A program made the translations under genes and the position numbers. Positions 1-10,707 of a DNA stretch of 32,375 nt are shown here, piece by piece. Under the pieces are notes generated by a model that did no database searches, was not told where the DNA came from, and saw only the letters and a program-made list of their open reading frames with translations. The stretch is from Craspedostauros australis (taxonomy: Eukaryota). The first letter of the stretch is position 1. Every line of letters starts with the position of its first letter. Location of the stretch: assembly GCA_030167865.1 (NCBI GenBank), contig JALAGF010004064.1:1-32375 (forward strand), read 5' to 3'.

Positions 1-1023
1 CAGCACGGCGGATCCGTCACGATCAACCCAATGCTCTGTCGTGGGCCCAATGATGATAGAAACATCACGGCGGTGATACTTGACCCAGTAGTACAGCAGT
101 CCCTGATCTCCGTGCTCACAGTGCCACGCCCATTTCTTGTTCAGGCCCTTCTTGCGGTCCTCGATATGGCGAAACGTCGTCCATACATCATCGCCACCCT
201 CAAACACGTGCCCCCAACCCCTCGTCTGGTTGAACTTGGGGCCTTTGGTGATGAGGCTTGCCTCTTTCTCTTGCCGTTCGATGATTGCTTGTATCTCATC
301 GTAGAACCCTGGCGCTGGTCTCAGCATAAAGAATCCGCCGTTGGCTGGTGAGGAGGTCCAGGTCAGCACCATATTCTTGCGGAGGACTGGCTGCGTCAGC
401 CCCTGGTCAGCCAATGCCTGCGGATCAGGCTCTGACAAATCAAAGAGATCATCCATGGAACAGAATGGCATGATGTCGGCGTCCATGTACAAGACTCTGC
501 TGTACTCAGTGAGTTTCAAGATCTCGAATTTTCGTAGCATCGCCTCGTGAAACGTCATCTTCTCGTTGGACCGCTCCATGTATTTGATCTTGACACCTGA
601 TTCCCACAACATCCTCTCCTCCTCTGGCAGCAGCCTGTCATTTGGCGCGCTGTGGAACATCTCGACCATGACAACGATATCCACCTTCGATCCCGCGTTG
701 CGTAGCACACGTGCCGCGACGACGACGTTGTAGAGCATGCCGAGGTGGTTGCCTGGATTGGTGGAGTCGCATCCAGCCATGAGGTAGACGTAGGCCCACT
801 TCCGTCGAGGCTGCGTGTTGCCATTTGGGGTATTGTCTGCCGCAACAGCAATGTGATCGTTGTGCAATCCCACGAAGGGGGCATCAATCGTCTCGATGGA
901 GGCCTGGGAAAAGATCTTTGAATGGATCACCGCGTTTCCAAGGACAACAATCGCGACGGCGCTCAACACCCATAGTAGTACACATTTCCGCCGATTCCCT
1001 TTGTAGTGATGATTCCTCGCCAT
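1..1023 (-). CDS. Type II membrane glycosyltransferase, GT8-like (GT-A fold); 3' end lies outside the window
   Basis: Translated by hand; absent from the ORF track because it has no stop inside the window. ATG at 1023-1021 follows an in-frame TAG, and the frame stays open to base 1. Sequence: MARNHHYKGNRRK, a TM anchor (CVLLWVLSAVAIVVLGNAVI), then KWAYVYLMAG...AARVLRNAGSKVDIVVMV, MLRKFEILKLTEYSRVLYMDAD (DxD motif), ANGGFFMLRP and HGDQGLLYYW. These match the GT8 motifs KL..W.LTEY.KVLYLDAD, FNSG..V..P and GDQG.LN. Confidence 0.85.
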   Translation of the reverse strand, partial: MARNHHYKGNRRKCVLLWVLSAVAIVVLGNAVIHSKIFSQASIETIDAPFVGLHNDHIAVAADNTPNGNTQPRRKWAYVYLMAGCDSTNPGNHLGMLYNVVVAARVLRNAGSKVDIVVMVEMFHSAPNDRLLPEEERMLWESGVKIKYMERSNEKMTFHEAMLRKFEILKLTEYSRVLYMDADIMPFCSMDDLFDLSEPDPQALADQGLTQPVLRKNMVLTWTSSPANGGFFMLRPAPGFYDEIQAIIERQEKEASLITKGPKFNQTRGWGHVFEGGDDVWTTFRHIEDRKKGLNKKWAWHCEHGDQGLLYYWVKYHRRDVSIIIGPTTEHWVDRDGSAVL

Positions 1024-1990
1024 CGCACTTGGCTTGCTTTGCGTTGCGCCGCCTCTCGTCTACTCTATCGACATCGCTCTCTTCGAGTATTGTGGCTGTT
1101 GTTCCTCATGATGGTTCTTCTGTGCTGTTCGGTGTGTTCCTCGGCGTTATGTGGGGAATGAATGTGTGTTGATGGATGATGAGTTGTTGTCATTGTTTGT
1201 GGTATCAACACGGGACCCACTTGAGTGACGGGACCTGGAGTCGGTGCTGGGGCACCGGCAAAAAGCAATCAGGTCGAGAGAAATGACCGAAACCACGACT
1301 TCAACGACAGTACCTGTCACGAATCGCGCTCATGTTCGTCTCTCAACGGAACAAATCCTCCTTCTGAGCAACTTTGCTTTTTCATCGTCGCAACAACTGT
1401 AGCTTGTGCCTTCAGATTAAGAGTTGATTTCTTCCACCAGCCCAATAAGTGGATACCGCTGAAGGCGTCTTCTCCGCATTCTCACAAAATTAGCTCGGAG
1501 TGCAAACGGCCGCGTTGATCACTCCTGCTATGTCGCAGGTGTCTCCACGGAGGGGAGAACATGGCGTTCACTCAAGGACCTGGCTCGGTTTGATGTCCCA
1601 CCGTCAGGACCTCGATCTGCGTGTTCCTGAAACGCCAGCAACAGACAGAATCTCCGCAAGAGCGATCGGAACAGCTGACAAACGGGCGTTGCTTTCGTCC
1701 CTCTCCACATCCTTGCCCAGAATTGCAACACGCGGCCTCCTCAACTCGGGATGGACGGCGCAGGACGACATTGGAGGCGCCCCATGCTTGAGTTTGTTCA
1801 TGCAGAGTCACACCCACTCGCACAAATCCAGTCAAATACAATCACAATTCCAATTACAACACCAATGCGCAAACCATGAAACAAGGGAGAAGGTGACTTG
1901 CGTGACGATACCGAGAATACTTTACATCATACTCGTGCCCCTCTCCGTTGCGGTAGACCCCAGGCGCGAACGCAGTACCAAACAGTTGTT

Positions 1991-2030
1991 CAGCACAGTA
2001 CAGCACAGTACAGCACAGTACAGTAGAGTA
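1991..2030 (+). repeat. Tandem 10-bp repeat (CAGCACAGTA x3 plus one degenerate copy) upstream of the STAND gene
   Basis: Directly visible: cagcacagta cagcacagta cagcacagta cagtagagta. Confidence 0.9.
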
Positions 2031-2093
2031 CACACGACATTCACTCCACAACTACTCGTATACTTCTTCGGCTCCGCAACTGTCGCTGATTCC

Positions 2094-5000
2094 ATGTTGA
2101 AAAGGAGAGAACAAGATCGAGCAGGCCCATCGAACCTGCACGGTGATGGATCGGCGGTCGATCGAGATACCGCCAATACCGCTGTCCTGCCCCTACAAGG
2201 AGGTGGTTGCTTCGATTCGCAAGCGTCTAACGCCAAAGGATTTCCAAACCAAGCTCCCACTCCAACGTATCCAGCATCATCACAAACCATGTCCTCTGAT
2301 GGGTCGTCAACCACATTTTCCAAAGAGTTTAGCGCTCAGACCTCACAGCTGCCAAATGAGACGAACCGCCGCCCCAAGATCCTTCAGCACATGCAGAAAC
2401 GCCGTGTGTCGTCGTCTTCGTTCTCAGCAGCAACCCCATCGTCCCAGCGACATCACGATGGCCAGGAGTCATCTTCCGTGCAGGCTTCCAACCATGCAGG
2501 TGTGGGTTCGGAAGATCTGTCCACTTCTTTTCACCAGCCCATCTTGGCGACGCAGACTTCTCGCATGAACACTGCCAAGAAGATATCAGAAATCTCCCGT
2601 GAGCAGCTCAACTTCGCCCATCTGCGGTTGGTTGGACGCGAAACGGAGCAACGCATCATCAGAAAGGAACTAGCGGCCATCGCCGGCCAACGAATACACA
2701 ATGGGGCCAGCGATCCAGACATACATCGAAAGTCCGCAATGCGAGACGCATCAAACACTGAACGCGACGAACGGAATGGGCAGTCGAAACACAACCGCCT
2801 GGATGTATCGTCGGAGGAAACTGTGACGCAGGACATTTCCAAACCCCGCTCACCGGTCTGCTCGTTCGTCTCCGTCACGGGTCTCCCAGGAGTCGGCAAG
2901 TCGGCCCTGGTGCAGTCTGCTCTGCGGTCCGAACATCACAATATGTTCATCGCCTCGTGCAAATCCGACCTCAAGCAAGTTGAAGAACCATTCCTTGGCA
3001 TAAAGAGTTCCATGACGGAGCTGTGCAGCCAGATCGTCAAGCTTCCGAAAACTGCACAAATCGAAAGCAGATGCAAGATAGGCTACTTTGAGGATCTACA
3101 ACGAAAGATTGTGGATGGCATGGACTACAAGGAGCTCCAAGTGCTGTCCAAAGTCATGCCCAACCTCGTCGATGTGGTTGGCGCCGATGCGCTGCTGACA
3201 CCGAGTTTCTCGCCATCTGAGCACGCGCAGAGCATTCGACAACTGAATGCAGTAGCATCGAACCAAGCAGAGAACACAACTGGGCACAAGCTCCATCGTC
3301 AGCCATCTATGGCGTCTCAGTCCCCTGCAGCTTCGGCACTGGAAGGGTATGCGGAACAATCCAACCAGCTCAAGTTCGCACTGCAACATTTCCTGCAGAT
3401 CGTCACTGGCTACTGCCCGCTGGTCCTCGTCCTTGATGACATTCAGTGGGCGGACAAGGCCACCTTGGACACAGTCGAGTCATGGCTCTTGGATACATCA
3501 ATCTCGTCATTCATGTTCATTGCTTCCTACCGATCCAACCTGGTCGAAGAAAGCGACACCGATATCGTACATCAGCTCCTCAAGTCCATCGAAAAGTCGA
3601 AGAGGGAACGGTGCATCCGCAATGTGAAGATCACAGTGGTTGACCTCACTTTGGACGATATCTGCACCATGCTCGCCCAGCTGCTGGGATGCTATGACGA
3701 TGGTCATGATCACAGCACCAGTGTCCGTGGGGACGTCAGCAGGACGCACGCCTGCAGGGAACTGGCAGACATCGTCCACAAGAGGACGGGTGGGAATGCA
3801 TTCTTCGTCCAACAGTTCATCCGGCTGCTTGTCGAGGATGATCTCCTCACGTACAATATCGGGCGTATCAAGTGGGAGTGGGATAATGACAAGATCCGGA
3901 GAGACAGCCCTGCCACGATCAACATCGTCCAGCTCATGGAGATCAAAATGCAAAGGATCGACGGCTCGAAGCATCTGCTGCCGGTGGCAGCTTGCTTGGG
4001 ATCGACGTTTTCGTGGTTTCTCCTCCGCCTCACGATGCATGGTTTCGTCAAGGACAAGGAAAGCCGCGGCCTCTATGAGAGGATATTCGGCTTTCCTCCT
4101 CCCATCACGGAGGAAGAATGGTCGGACATCCTGTCGGTCTACAAGCAGGAAGGGTTGATTGAGATTCTTCGGCATGATCACGGCGCTCAGTTTGACGATG
4201 ACAGTGTGCAGATGGACAGCGGCCTATCACAACAAGCATCGATCGCCATGCCCCAAGAGTTCGTATTCGTCCACGACAAGGTGCAAGAAGCCGCGCTTGC
4301 TTTAATCGGCGATGGCATGCTCCCGGAGTTGCAATTCCGCATCGGCAGAATCTTGATGGAAGGTATATCCAACGACGAGCTTGATCAGTACGCGTTCGTG
4401 GTCGTGAACCTTATGAACAGACGTCTTGACTTGCTTGAGCCGTACCAAGGGACGGCCGCGGATGATGAAGAATCATTTGCGTCACCACCATCACCATCCA
4501 CAAGTGCAGATGCAAATGCAGCTCGAAGCGCTGGTGAGAGCGATAGTATGCCAAGATCCAACACGCCTTCAAAAGTCCGAGATCGGGAGGGGCACAGCAC
4601 GATGAATGCAACCGTCTCTTCAGAACGTTGCAGTCACGTGCGTTTCCGCGCTGCCGAACTGAATCGGGCCGCTGGTCACAAGGCGATCAAATGCGCTGCA
4701 TTCCGTGCAGCGCTGACGCATTTTCAAACAGCAATCAAGCTCCTGCCTGCCGATCATTGGCGGACGCAATACTCGATGAGTCTGGATCTCTTCACGTCAG
4801 CAGCAGAAGCAGCATACGTGTGTTCTGACCATGATCAAATGTTCCTTCATGCCAACACCGTCATTGATCTCGAAATATCTATTTGGGACAAGATCAGAGT
4901 GTACAATGTGCTGATGAAGGCAACCGCGAGCGGGAGCGTGGCATTCACAACAGTACACGACCAAACGAGCATTGGTCGAGAGGTGTTGGAACAGCTTGGC

Positions 5001-6392
5001 TATACCTTCCCGAGATTTCAGGTCGGCAAAATCTTCGCAGTCGTTCGTGCTTTGATGACGCTGAAGTCACATGCCGACACATGGGCGCCCGAAAAGGTGG
5101 CTCTCCTGAGCGATGCTGATGATCCACAAGAGTATGCCATCGTCAAGACGTTGAGCGACTTTTCATCCTCTGCATACGTCACCGATCCTATGCTCATCCC
5201 TCTGGTCCTCAGCTTCATGATGAAGCGGATGTTCAAGAATGGCACGACGCCATTGTCGCCGGTGGTATATGGAGGGGCTGGCTTCGTACTTGGAGGCGTG
5301 CTTGGAAAGTGGGATGCAGCGACAGCTTATGCCAACCATGCCATCAAAATGGCCCGCGAGCAGGCAGATCGCGGCATCTTCGCGCGCGTGTATCAGTTGG
5401 TATACCCGCTCATCCTCCAAACGTCGCGGCCACTGGAATGGTGCAAGGAGCCATTGCCTTTCGGGTACGCGGCGGGCATGTCGGCAGGAGCACCGCAGGT
5501 GGCTGTGGGGTGCATGTACTTCTACTTGGAGATGTCATGGTACTGCGGAAACAACCTGGATACGCTTGAGGCCGATCTTTCGACCCACACGAAGATCGCG
5601 CACGATTTCAAACAGGATCGGCTGCGAACTCTCCTGTCGATCATCTGGCAGACGGTTCTGAACCTCCAGGGAGCATCGAGCAGACGCACCGTACTCGTCG
5701 GCGATGCATTCAACGAGTACACGGCCATGCAGGAATACGAAGACACGGACAACAAGTACATGGTCGTGACAGTGCAGAGACAAAAGATCTTCGTCTCGGT
5801 TTTCATTGGCGAATACGAAGTAGCGGCCGATCTGGCGCTCGTCTGCTTCGGTGTGCACGACAAGCATGTGAGGGGGCAGGTTGGGTGCATCCAGCTGGCT
5901 GTCTTTTGTGCCAATGCATGCTACATCGCTGTCTCAAGGCGCAGGCGTTCGTCGGCCGTTCGGAAGAAGTACTACCGCGTTGCCACCCGTGCGCACAAGA
6001 TGGTCAAGCAATGGACGCGCAAGGGCAATCCGAACTTGCCCCATCAACTCGCCATGCTGGAAGCCGAGAAGTGCGTGGCGAAGTCGAAGCGTGGCACCAT
6101 TCCGGCGTCGCAGCACGAGAAGATCGTGAACCACTATGAACAGGCCATTCGGCTTGCGGGACGGTCCGGGCGCACTCATGACCAGGCATTGGCCAACGAG
6201 CGGATGGGCAGCATCTGGCTTCGGCAGGGCGACAGGGACCGCGCAAAGTCCAATCTTGATGAAGCCCTCCGGCTGTATGACAATTGGGGAGCGCATGCCA
6301 AGGTCGCGGAGCTCACAGCATGGTGCGGCGAGATTTGGAAGCCACCATTGGAGATTGCAGTCCCGTTGGCTACGGGCGAGTCGAATGGATAA
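2094..6392 (+). CDS. STAND-class P-loop NTPase (AAA_16-like) with winged-helix and C-terminal TPR-like helical region, 1432 aa, no introns apparent
   Basis: LVGRETE pre-P-loop motif; Walker A GLPGVGKS (2880-2903); Walker B LVLVLDDIQWAD; RTGGNAFFVQQF (GGNPxF type); FVHDKVQEAA; AELNRAAGHKA and ALANERMG...A..LY..WGA.AKV motifs of the AAA-ATPase core found in bacterial Ser/Thr-kinase/AAA/His-kinase hybrids. The ORF track starts at a GTG (1500); the likely start is ATG 2094 (MLKRREQ), after a repeat-containing UTR-like stretch. The N-terminal ~180 aa are Ser/Gln-rich and look disordered. Confidence 0.85.
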   Translation: MLKRREQDRAGPSNLHGDGSAVDRDTANTAVLPLQGGGCFDSQASNAKGFPNQAPTPTYPASSQTMSSDGSSTTFSKEFSAQTSQLPNETNRRPKILQHMQKRRVSSSSFSAATPSSQRHHDGQESSSVQASNHAGVGSEDLSTSFHQPILATQTSRMNTAKKISEISREQLNFAHLRLVGRETEQRIIRKELAAIAGQRIHNGASDPDIHRKSAMRDASNTERDERNGQSKHNRLDVSSEETVTQDISKPRSPVCSFVSVTGLPGVGKSALVQSALRSEHHNMFIASCKSDLKQVEEPFLGIKSSMTELCSQIVKLPKTAQIESRCKIGYFEDLQRKIVDGMDYKELQVLSKVMPNLVDVVGADALLTPSFSPSEHAQSIRQLNAVASNQAENTTGHKLHRQPSMASQSPAASALEGYAEQSNQLKFALQHFLQIVTGYCPLVLVLDDIQWADKATLDTVESWLLDTSISSFMFIASYRSNLVEESDTDIVHQLLKSIEKSKRERCIRNVKITVVDLTLDDICTMLAQLLGCYDDGHDHSTSVRGDVSRTHACRELADIVHKRTGGNAFFVQQFIRLLVEDDLLTYNIGRIKWEWDNDKIRRDSPATINIVQLMEIKMQRIDGSKHLLPVAACLGSTFSWFLLRLTMHGFVKDKESRGLYERIFGFPPPITEEEWSDILSVYKQEGLIEILRHDHGAQFDDDSVQMDSGLSQQASIAMPQEFVFVHDKVQEAALALIGDGMLPELQFRIGRILMEGISNDELDQYAFVVVNLMNRRLDLLEPYQGTAADDEESFASPPSPSTSADANAARSAGESDSMPRSNTPSKVRDREGHSTMNATVSSERCSHVRFRAAELNRAAGHKAIKCAAFRAALTHFQTAIKLLPADHWRTQYSMSLDLFTSAAEAAYVCSDHDQMFLHANTVIDLEISIWDKIRVYNVLMKATASGSVAFTTVHDQTSIGREVLEQLGYTFPRFQVGKIFAVVRALMTLKSHADTWAPEKVALLSDADDPQEYAIVKTLSDFSSSAYVTDPMLIPLVLSFMMKRMFKNGTTPLSPVVYGGAGFVLGGVLGKWDAATAYANHAIKMAREQADRGIFARVYQLVYPLILQTSRPLEWCKEPLPFGYAAGMSAGAPQVAVGCMYFYLEMSWYCGNNLDTLEADLSTHTKIAHDFKQDRLRTLLSIIWQTVLNLQGASSRRTVLVGDAFNEYTAMQEYEDTDNKYMVVTVQRQKIFVSVFIGEYEVAADLALVCFGVHDKHVRGQVGCIQLAVFCANACYIAVSRRRRSSAVRKKYYRVATRAHKMVKQWTRKGNPNLPHQLAMLEAEKCVAKSKRGTIPASQHEKIVNHYEQAIRLAGRSGRTHDQALANERMGSIWLRQGDRDRAKSNLDEALRLYDNWGAHAKVAELTAWCGEIWKPPLEIAVPLATGESNG

Positions 6393-8721
6393 CTCCGCCG
6401 TTACGCGTCTGTACACATGTAGGGTACGAGCAATGCTCATTCTGGTTCTCATAAGTCATGCGGCCTTCCAGTCGATACAGTTATCAATCGCGGAGAACGG
6501 CTGCGAACACTTTGCCAGCAATGCGCTGATCACGTACCTGATAGAGATAACCAGCAACGCATTCGTTTCACAAGGCCATTCACGTAGAGAACTGTTTGCG
6601 GTCGCGTTCACTCCCACTCGATAGCATCCATTGCTGTGACATCAGCAAGGCACAATGACGACAACGTGTGATGATTACAGCACGAATACCGGCTTCACAC
6701 GTGCGGATGGGCTCGCAGGTTTGTTCCCATGGTGTGTGGTTGATCCCTTGGTGACGACTGATGAACTTCCCTTTGACACCAGTTTCCACTTCGTTCTCTG
6801 TCGCGTCTGTACCAACGAACGATCGAGTTTTGTGGGGGTATATGAAAAGGGGGAGCAAATGGGGGTGCGAAGGTATCTTCTGAATCGTGAATGTGATGGG
6901 CTTATGATGCGAAGTTAGAATCCTCATATTGTTAATACTCCAGCTCTTGCTCCTGATTGGTCGACAGCCAGCTTCTGAACAATAACGGTATACTCCAATG
7001 GACTTACATCAGAGGAGATTCGAGCAGAGTTCCTTTCTTGGCCGCGGACACCACGACGAGTCGCTTGTGGAGATCATGCTGTCTTGTTAGACCAGAGTCG
7101 CCGTTGTCGTAGTGGTTGGCGCCTGTAGCGTATCCACTCGGCCATGTCATGCCGCTGATCTCGCTGGTATTAACAAACACAGAAACACATGGATCGTAGG
7201 TACGAGTCGAATAGACCAGAGGATGTAGTACTCGTAGATTGGGGCACACACTCGTAACATGGTGGTATGGAAAGGCAAAGTTGGCCGCGAATGTTTGGAT
7301 ACAAGGTGTGCTTCACACGCTGTCCTGTTGGATTCCTACTGGTACCGATGTGGAAGGCCCTTTGGGATGTGGTGGTGTGGTTGTCCTTGGGTACTGGTAC
7401 GAGATTGATGATGCAATTGCCAATTGAGTGCGTTGTGACAGCGCGGTGGCCTTGGAGCTCGGTTAGTTGCCTCTTGCGTGGCGTGGTGTGGTGTGGCGTT
7501 GCGGCAGCCGACTGATGTGCTGAGATACTCTTCAGAGAGGTCGATCCGGTCGACGAGTACTGTGTGGCCTGTGGTCTGTGGCCTGTGTAAATACCAGCGT
7601 ACTCGCATGTTCTCCATCCTTGCCACTGAGGGTGGCATGTTTTGCCGAGACTGATACGACCTATAATATGTACACGTCAATCATCGATCTGTCCCTGGTA
7701 TTGCCTGTTGCTCGCACGACCTTGAGAGGACTCGCGTTGCTTTCGCGAGTGGTACGGGCCTGTTGATGGGAAACTCCATGTTGCAGGTCTTCAGACATAA
7801 ACGCATGCGAAGATAGATGGTCTGCGTAATGCCATCATGCTTGTTGACTCTGATGTTCCTCTGATGTTCAAGCAGAGGTGGCGTTTTCCTTCACAATGGT
7901 GCAGAGCAACGCGGTTCCACAAGTACGAGCTGTGTGCGCAGGGGCAAGGGCCGGTACTCTGTTGCGAGTTGGAGCGGGCCGTCGTCTCCTTGGGAGTCCA
8001 TTCTTCATTCCAATCTCTGCTGGTTTTCCCAATGCAATAGAATAGAATACTCGACAGAAAATATGATTGACTCCATGATTGTGACAGCAGCGGAAGTGGT
8101 TGATGCCCATGCTCATGTTGCTCGGTGGTCGATGAAAGGAAGCGAAGCGTTCCATCCGATCTCCAGCTTCCGCCTCCATTCGTTCCACATGGTTGTTGTT
8201 CATGTGGAACGAAGATTTCACGGATCGTCTCCAGTCCTGTGTCTCTGTTGCAACAGGTTTTGTCGTTCTCCGTTTGTGTCCAGCGCGTGTCTTTCCTCAT
8301 CCTGCTGGCTTCCGCATCCAACTCCTTCTTCTGCCATACGACTACTACTCACACATCGCGCACTGCGGCATCAGGCTTCATTGTGGGTGGCCCGAAGTCG
8401 ATCCATCTTCCTGTGCCGCAAATGTCAGAGCGGCCAGTTCCTTCCGAAACGAATAACGGCGTGGTTGGCAACTCATCCAATCTTTTGGCGTACCCATTGT
8501 TCACACCACACCAGTATTAGTGCCCACTGATGTCATTTCACTGGTATTCACGGAACGCATTTGGGTCGCCGCGATCTTCCTTCTCCCACACACGCCACCG
8601 GATGAAACACAGAAGCGCTGTGTCGTTGACCGAGATTGGCATATCAAACCACGAGTCATACTTTGTCACTGTCCTTATTCAGGGCGTCCTCCGCATGTCA
8701 TACCCACATCACATCATCATC

Positions 8722-8733
8722 CGTGACGTCACG
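8722..8733. promoter_or_regulatory. Perfect 12-bp palindrome CGTGACGTCACG containing a bZIP/CRE-type TGACGTCA site
   Basis: Seen directly about 420 bp upstream of the ATG at 9155. A CACGTG G-box lies at 8856-8861. Function is inferred only. Confidence 0.4.
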
Positions 8734-9154
8734 TACATAAGAAACTGAGGATTCAGACACACGGAGGCGAAAGTTGCCAAAACGCAACGACGAGGAAGCT
8801 CGAGCCCACAGTTGTTCAGCTTTGTGCGCGTCACACTTTGGCACCTGGCAAACCACACGTGACAAACATCCACGATCATCCACCGCCACACACCTTCCAG
8901 ACCTGGTTCCACAATCAGGGACAACAACAGAAGAGTCCAGAGCAAACAGGCAACCTCACAAAATTGCTGACGGTGCATCCTGAACCACAAAAGAGTCCAA
9001 CTCAACACATCAAGAGCACCAACTATAGTAAGTGTGCCTCCTCACGCCACCCGTCAACTCCTTCGATCAATTCACCCCATCCCATCCATCCACACAGATA
9101 CCTGGCTGAAGTAGAAGCATGTGTGCCCAACTCGAAGTCCTTCGGTGCCCTCCC

Positions 9155-9979
9155 ATGCCAATCACAACATCGACAACGGTCGACAACGCCACAGCAACAG
9201 CAACAGTGTCTGCCTTCAAGCCAGCATCCAACAGCCTGTCTACGAGGACGTCGATCCCATCGTCCGCTGCGTCGATCGTATCGGCCTCATCCGCATCCAC
9301 CATGTCGTCTGCATCATCCGCATCCAGCTCGGTCACGACGCAGGGTCCCTGCCATCCCAGCACCGCTAACACCGACCAGCAGCAGCAACAACAGACCCGA
9401 AAGCGCAGACGCAGCGTATCCTTCTTCCCAATGGTGCAGCAGTTCAAGGCACTCCGCCAACGTCCGGAGCCGTCGCAGCTGTGGTACAATCCAACCGAGC
9501 TTGCCGAATTCAAGCACGATGCGAAGGCCATGGAGGAAGCCTACAGCGCCGACAACATGGGCGTCTCGCAGAAGGAATGGCACGGCCTGCGCACATGCGC
9601 TCTGGATCGACACCGGCACAAGGTGCTGGCCATCCAGTGCACCATGTCAGCCTGCCGCAAGGGGAAGGCGGCCGACAGCATCGCCTCGGTGGCCCAGAAG
9701 TGTTCGAGGTACAGCAAGCAGCTGGCCTTCCTGCAGGCATGCTACGACCACTGCAACGTCTACGAGCCGGCATACATCCAGCAGCTGCCATCGTACTCGA
9801 GCGTGGCGCGGCGATGTCCGTTCCCATTGCGTTTGCGCCGGCAGAAGCGTGCCGCGAGTACCAATCCAAACAGCGCCAGCGACACTTCCGACAAGCAGCA
9901 GCAACCACCAACGTCGCCGTCGGGCCAATGCAGCAACCAGAGCTACAACAGCCGATGCGTGCGACAGAGGGTGTGCTAG
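9155..9979 (+). CDS. Hypothetical protein, 274 aa (Ser/Thr-rich N-terminus, RSVSF motif, WY..EL..FK helix)
   Basis: In-frame ATG at 9155 within the 9119..9979 ORF, with GC3-rich codon usage. The motif series RRRSVSFFPMV...LWYNPTELAEFK...HGLR...IASVAQKCSRYSKQLAFLQACYD resembles a diatom family of hypothetical proteins (recognised from memory). Confidence 0.75.
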   Translation: MPITTSTTVDNATATATVSAFKPASNSLSTRTSIPSSAASIVSASSASTMSSASSASSSVTTQGPCHPSTANTDQQQQQQTRKRRRSVSFFPMVQQFKALRQRPEPSQLWYNPTELAEFKHDAKAMEEAYSADNMGVSQKEWHGLRTCALDRHRHKVLAIQCTMSACRKGKAADSIASVAQKCSRYSKQLAFLQACYDHCNVYEPAYIQQLPSYSSVARRCPFPLRLRRQKRAASTNPNSASDTSDKQQQPPTSPSGQCSNQSYNSRCVRQRVC

Positions 9980-10707
9980 GCAACAACCAAGTTCAAACTA
10001 AACCAAAGCAGAGAAGAGCAGAGTACGCTACTCTGCACAATTCGAAAACCAATTTTCAATCTCTCTTCATTTTTCCTGTTCGGGTAGAATCAATCAACAT
10101 GTTCCAAACGCGCAGCTCGCACGTGGCGACCATTGCCTGTTGCGGTTTGTGGTAGCGACAGTACCTTGACACGATCGTGAAATCGGTGGAGCAACCACGA
10201 ATCGAACAGGAACACATGGGCACCGGTCTCGGAAGCTACTTGTCCACAGGTGTCAACTCACTTGTCAAGTAAGAGTGTATACCACGGTTGCGATCCCAAC
10301 CGATGGCTGGTGAACCGTCCTTGTTTGCGGGGCCGCCCACAGCTGTTGGTCACCCGCAGGTCCTCTCTGTCGTACGATCCACCACACAATGTGGTTCAAG
10401 GTGCAACTATGCGCGTTCGCATATTTCACGCTGCAACGGTCTACACTTCCTTTTGACATCTACAATGTCGCATCCATGTTCGTAAAATTAGGAAAATCAA
10501 ATTGAGGCTCTCATTCCGCCTTTTGCAAGTATCTGCCAAAACATGAAAACATGACTCTTGTTTTGCAAGTAGCTAGGGATGTTGGCAGCAACAACAAAGA
10601 TCGGATACGATACGAACCCATCGCCAAGATGACCTCCACCAAGACACCATCGCCACCAAACATCACACTTCCCACCACCAACACCAACAACGCGTGTGAA
10701 GCTCACC

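Noticed and set aside
31-1172. Track ORFs 31..351, 341..550, 555..887 and 825..1172
   Set aside because: Antisense or off-frame shadows of the GT8-like gene.
1500-2093. 198-aa N-terminal extension of the STAND ORF from GTG 1500
   Set aside because: Non-ATG start in a eukaryote. The stretch lies in the divergent promoter/UTR region, contains a 10-bp tandem repeat and does not look protein-like. Upstream in-frame ATGs cannot be fully excluded.
6845-6855. Purine tract AAAAGGGGGAG resembling an LTR-retrotransposon PPT
   Set aside because: No LTR pair, primer-binding site or pol remnants nearby.
8838-10001. 387-aa ORF overlapping the gene at 9155
   Set aside because: Off-frame, Arg/Pro/His-rich artefact. 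The 9155 frame carries the recognisable motifs.
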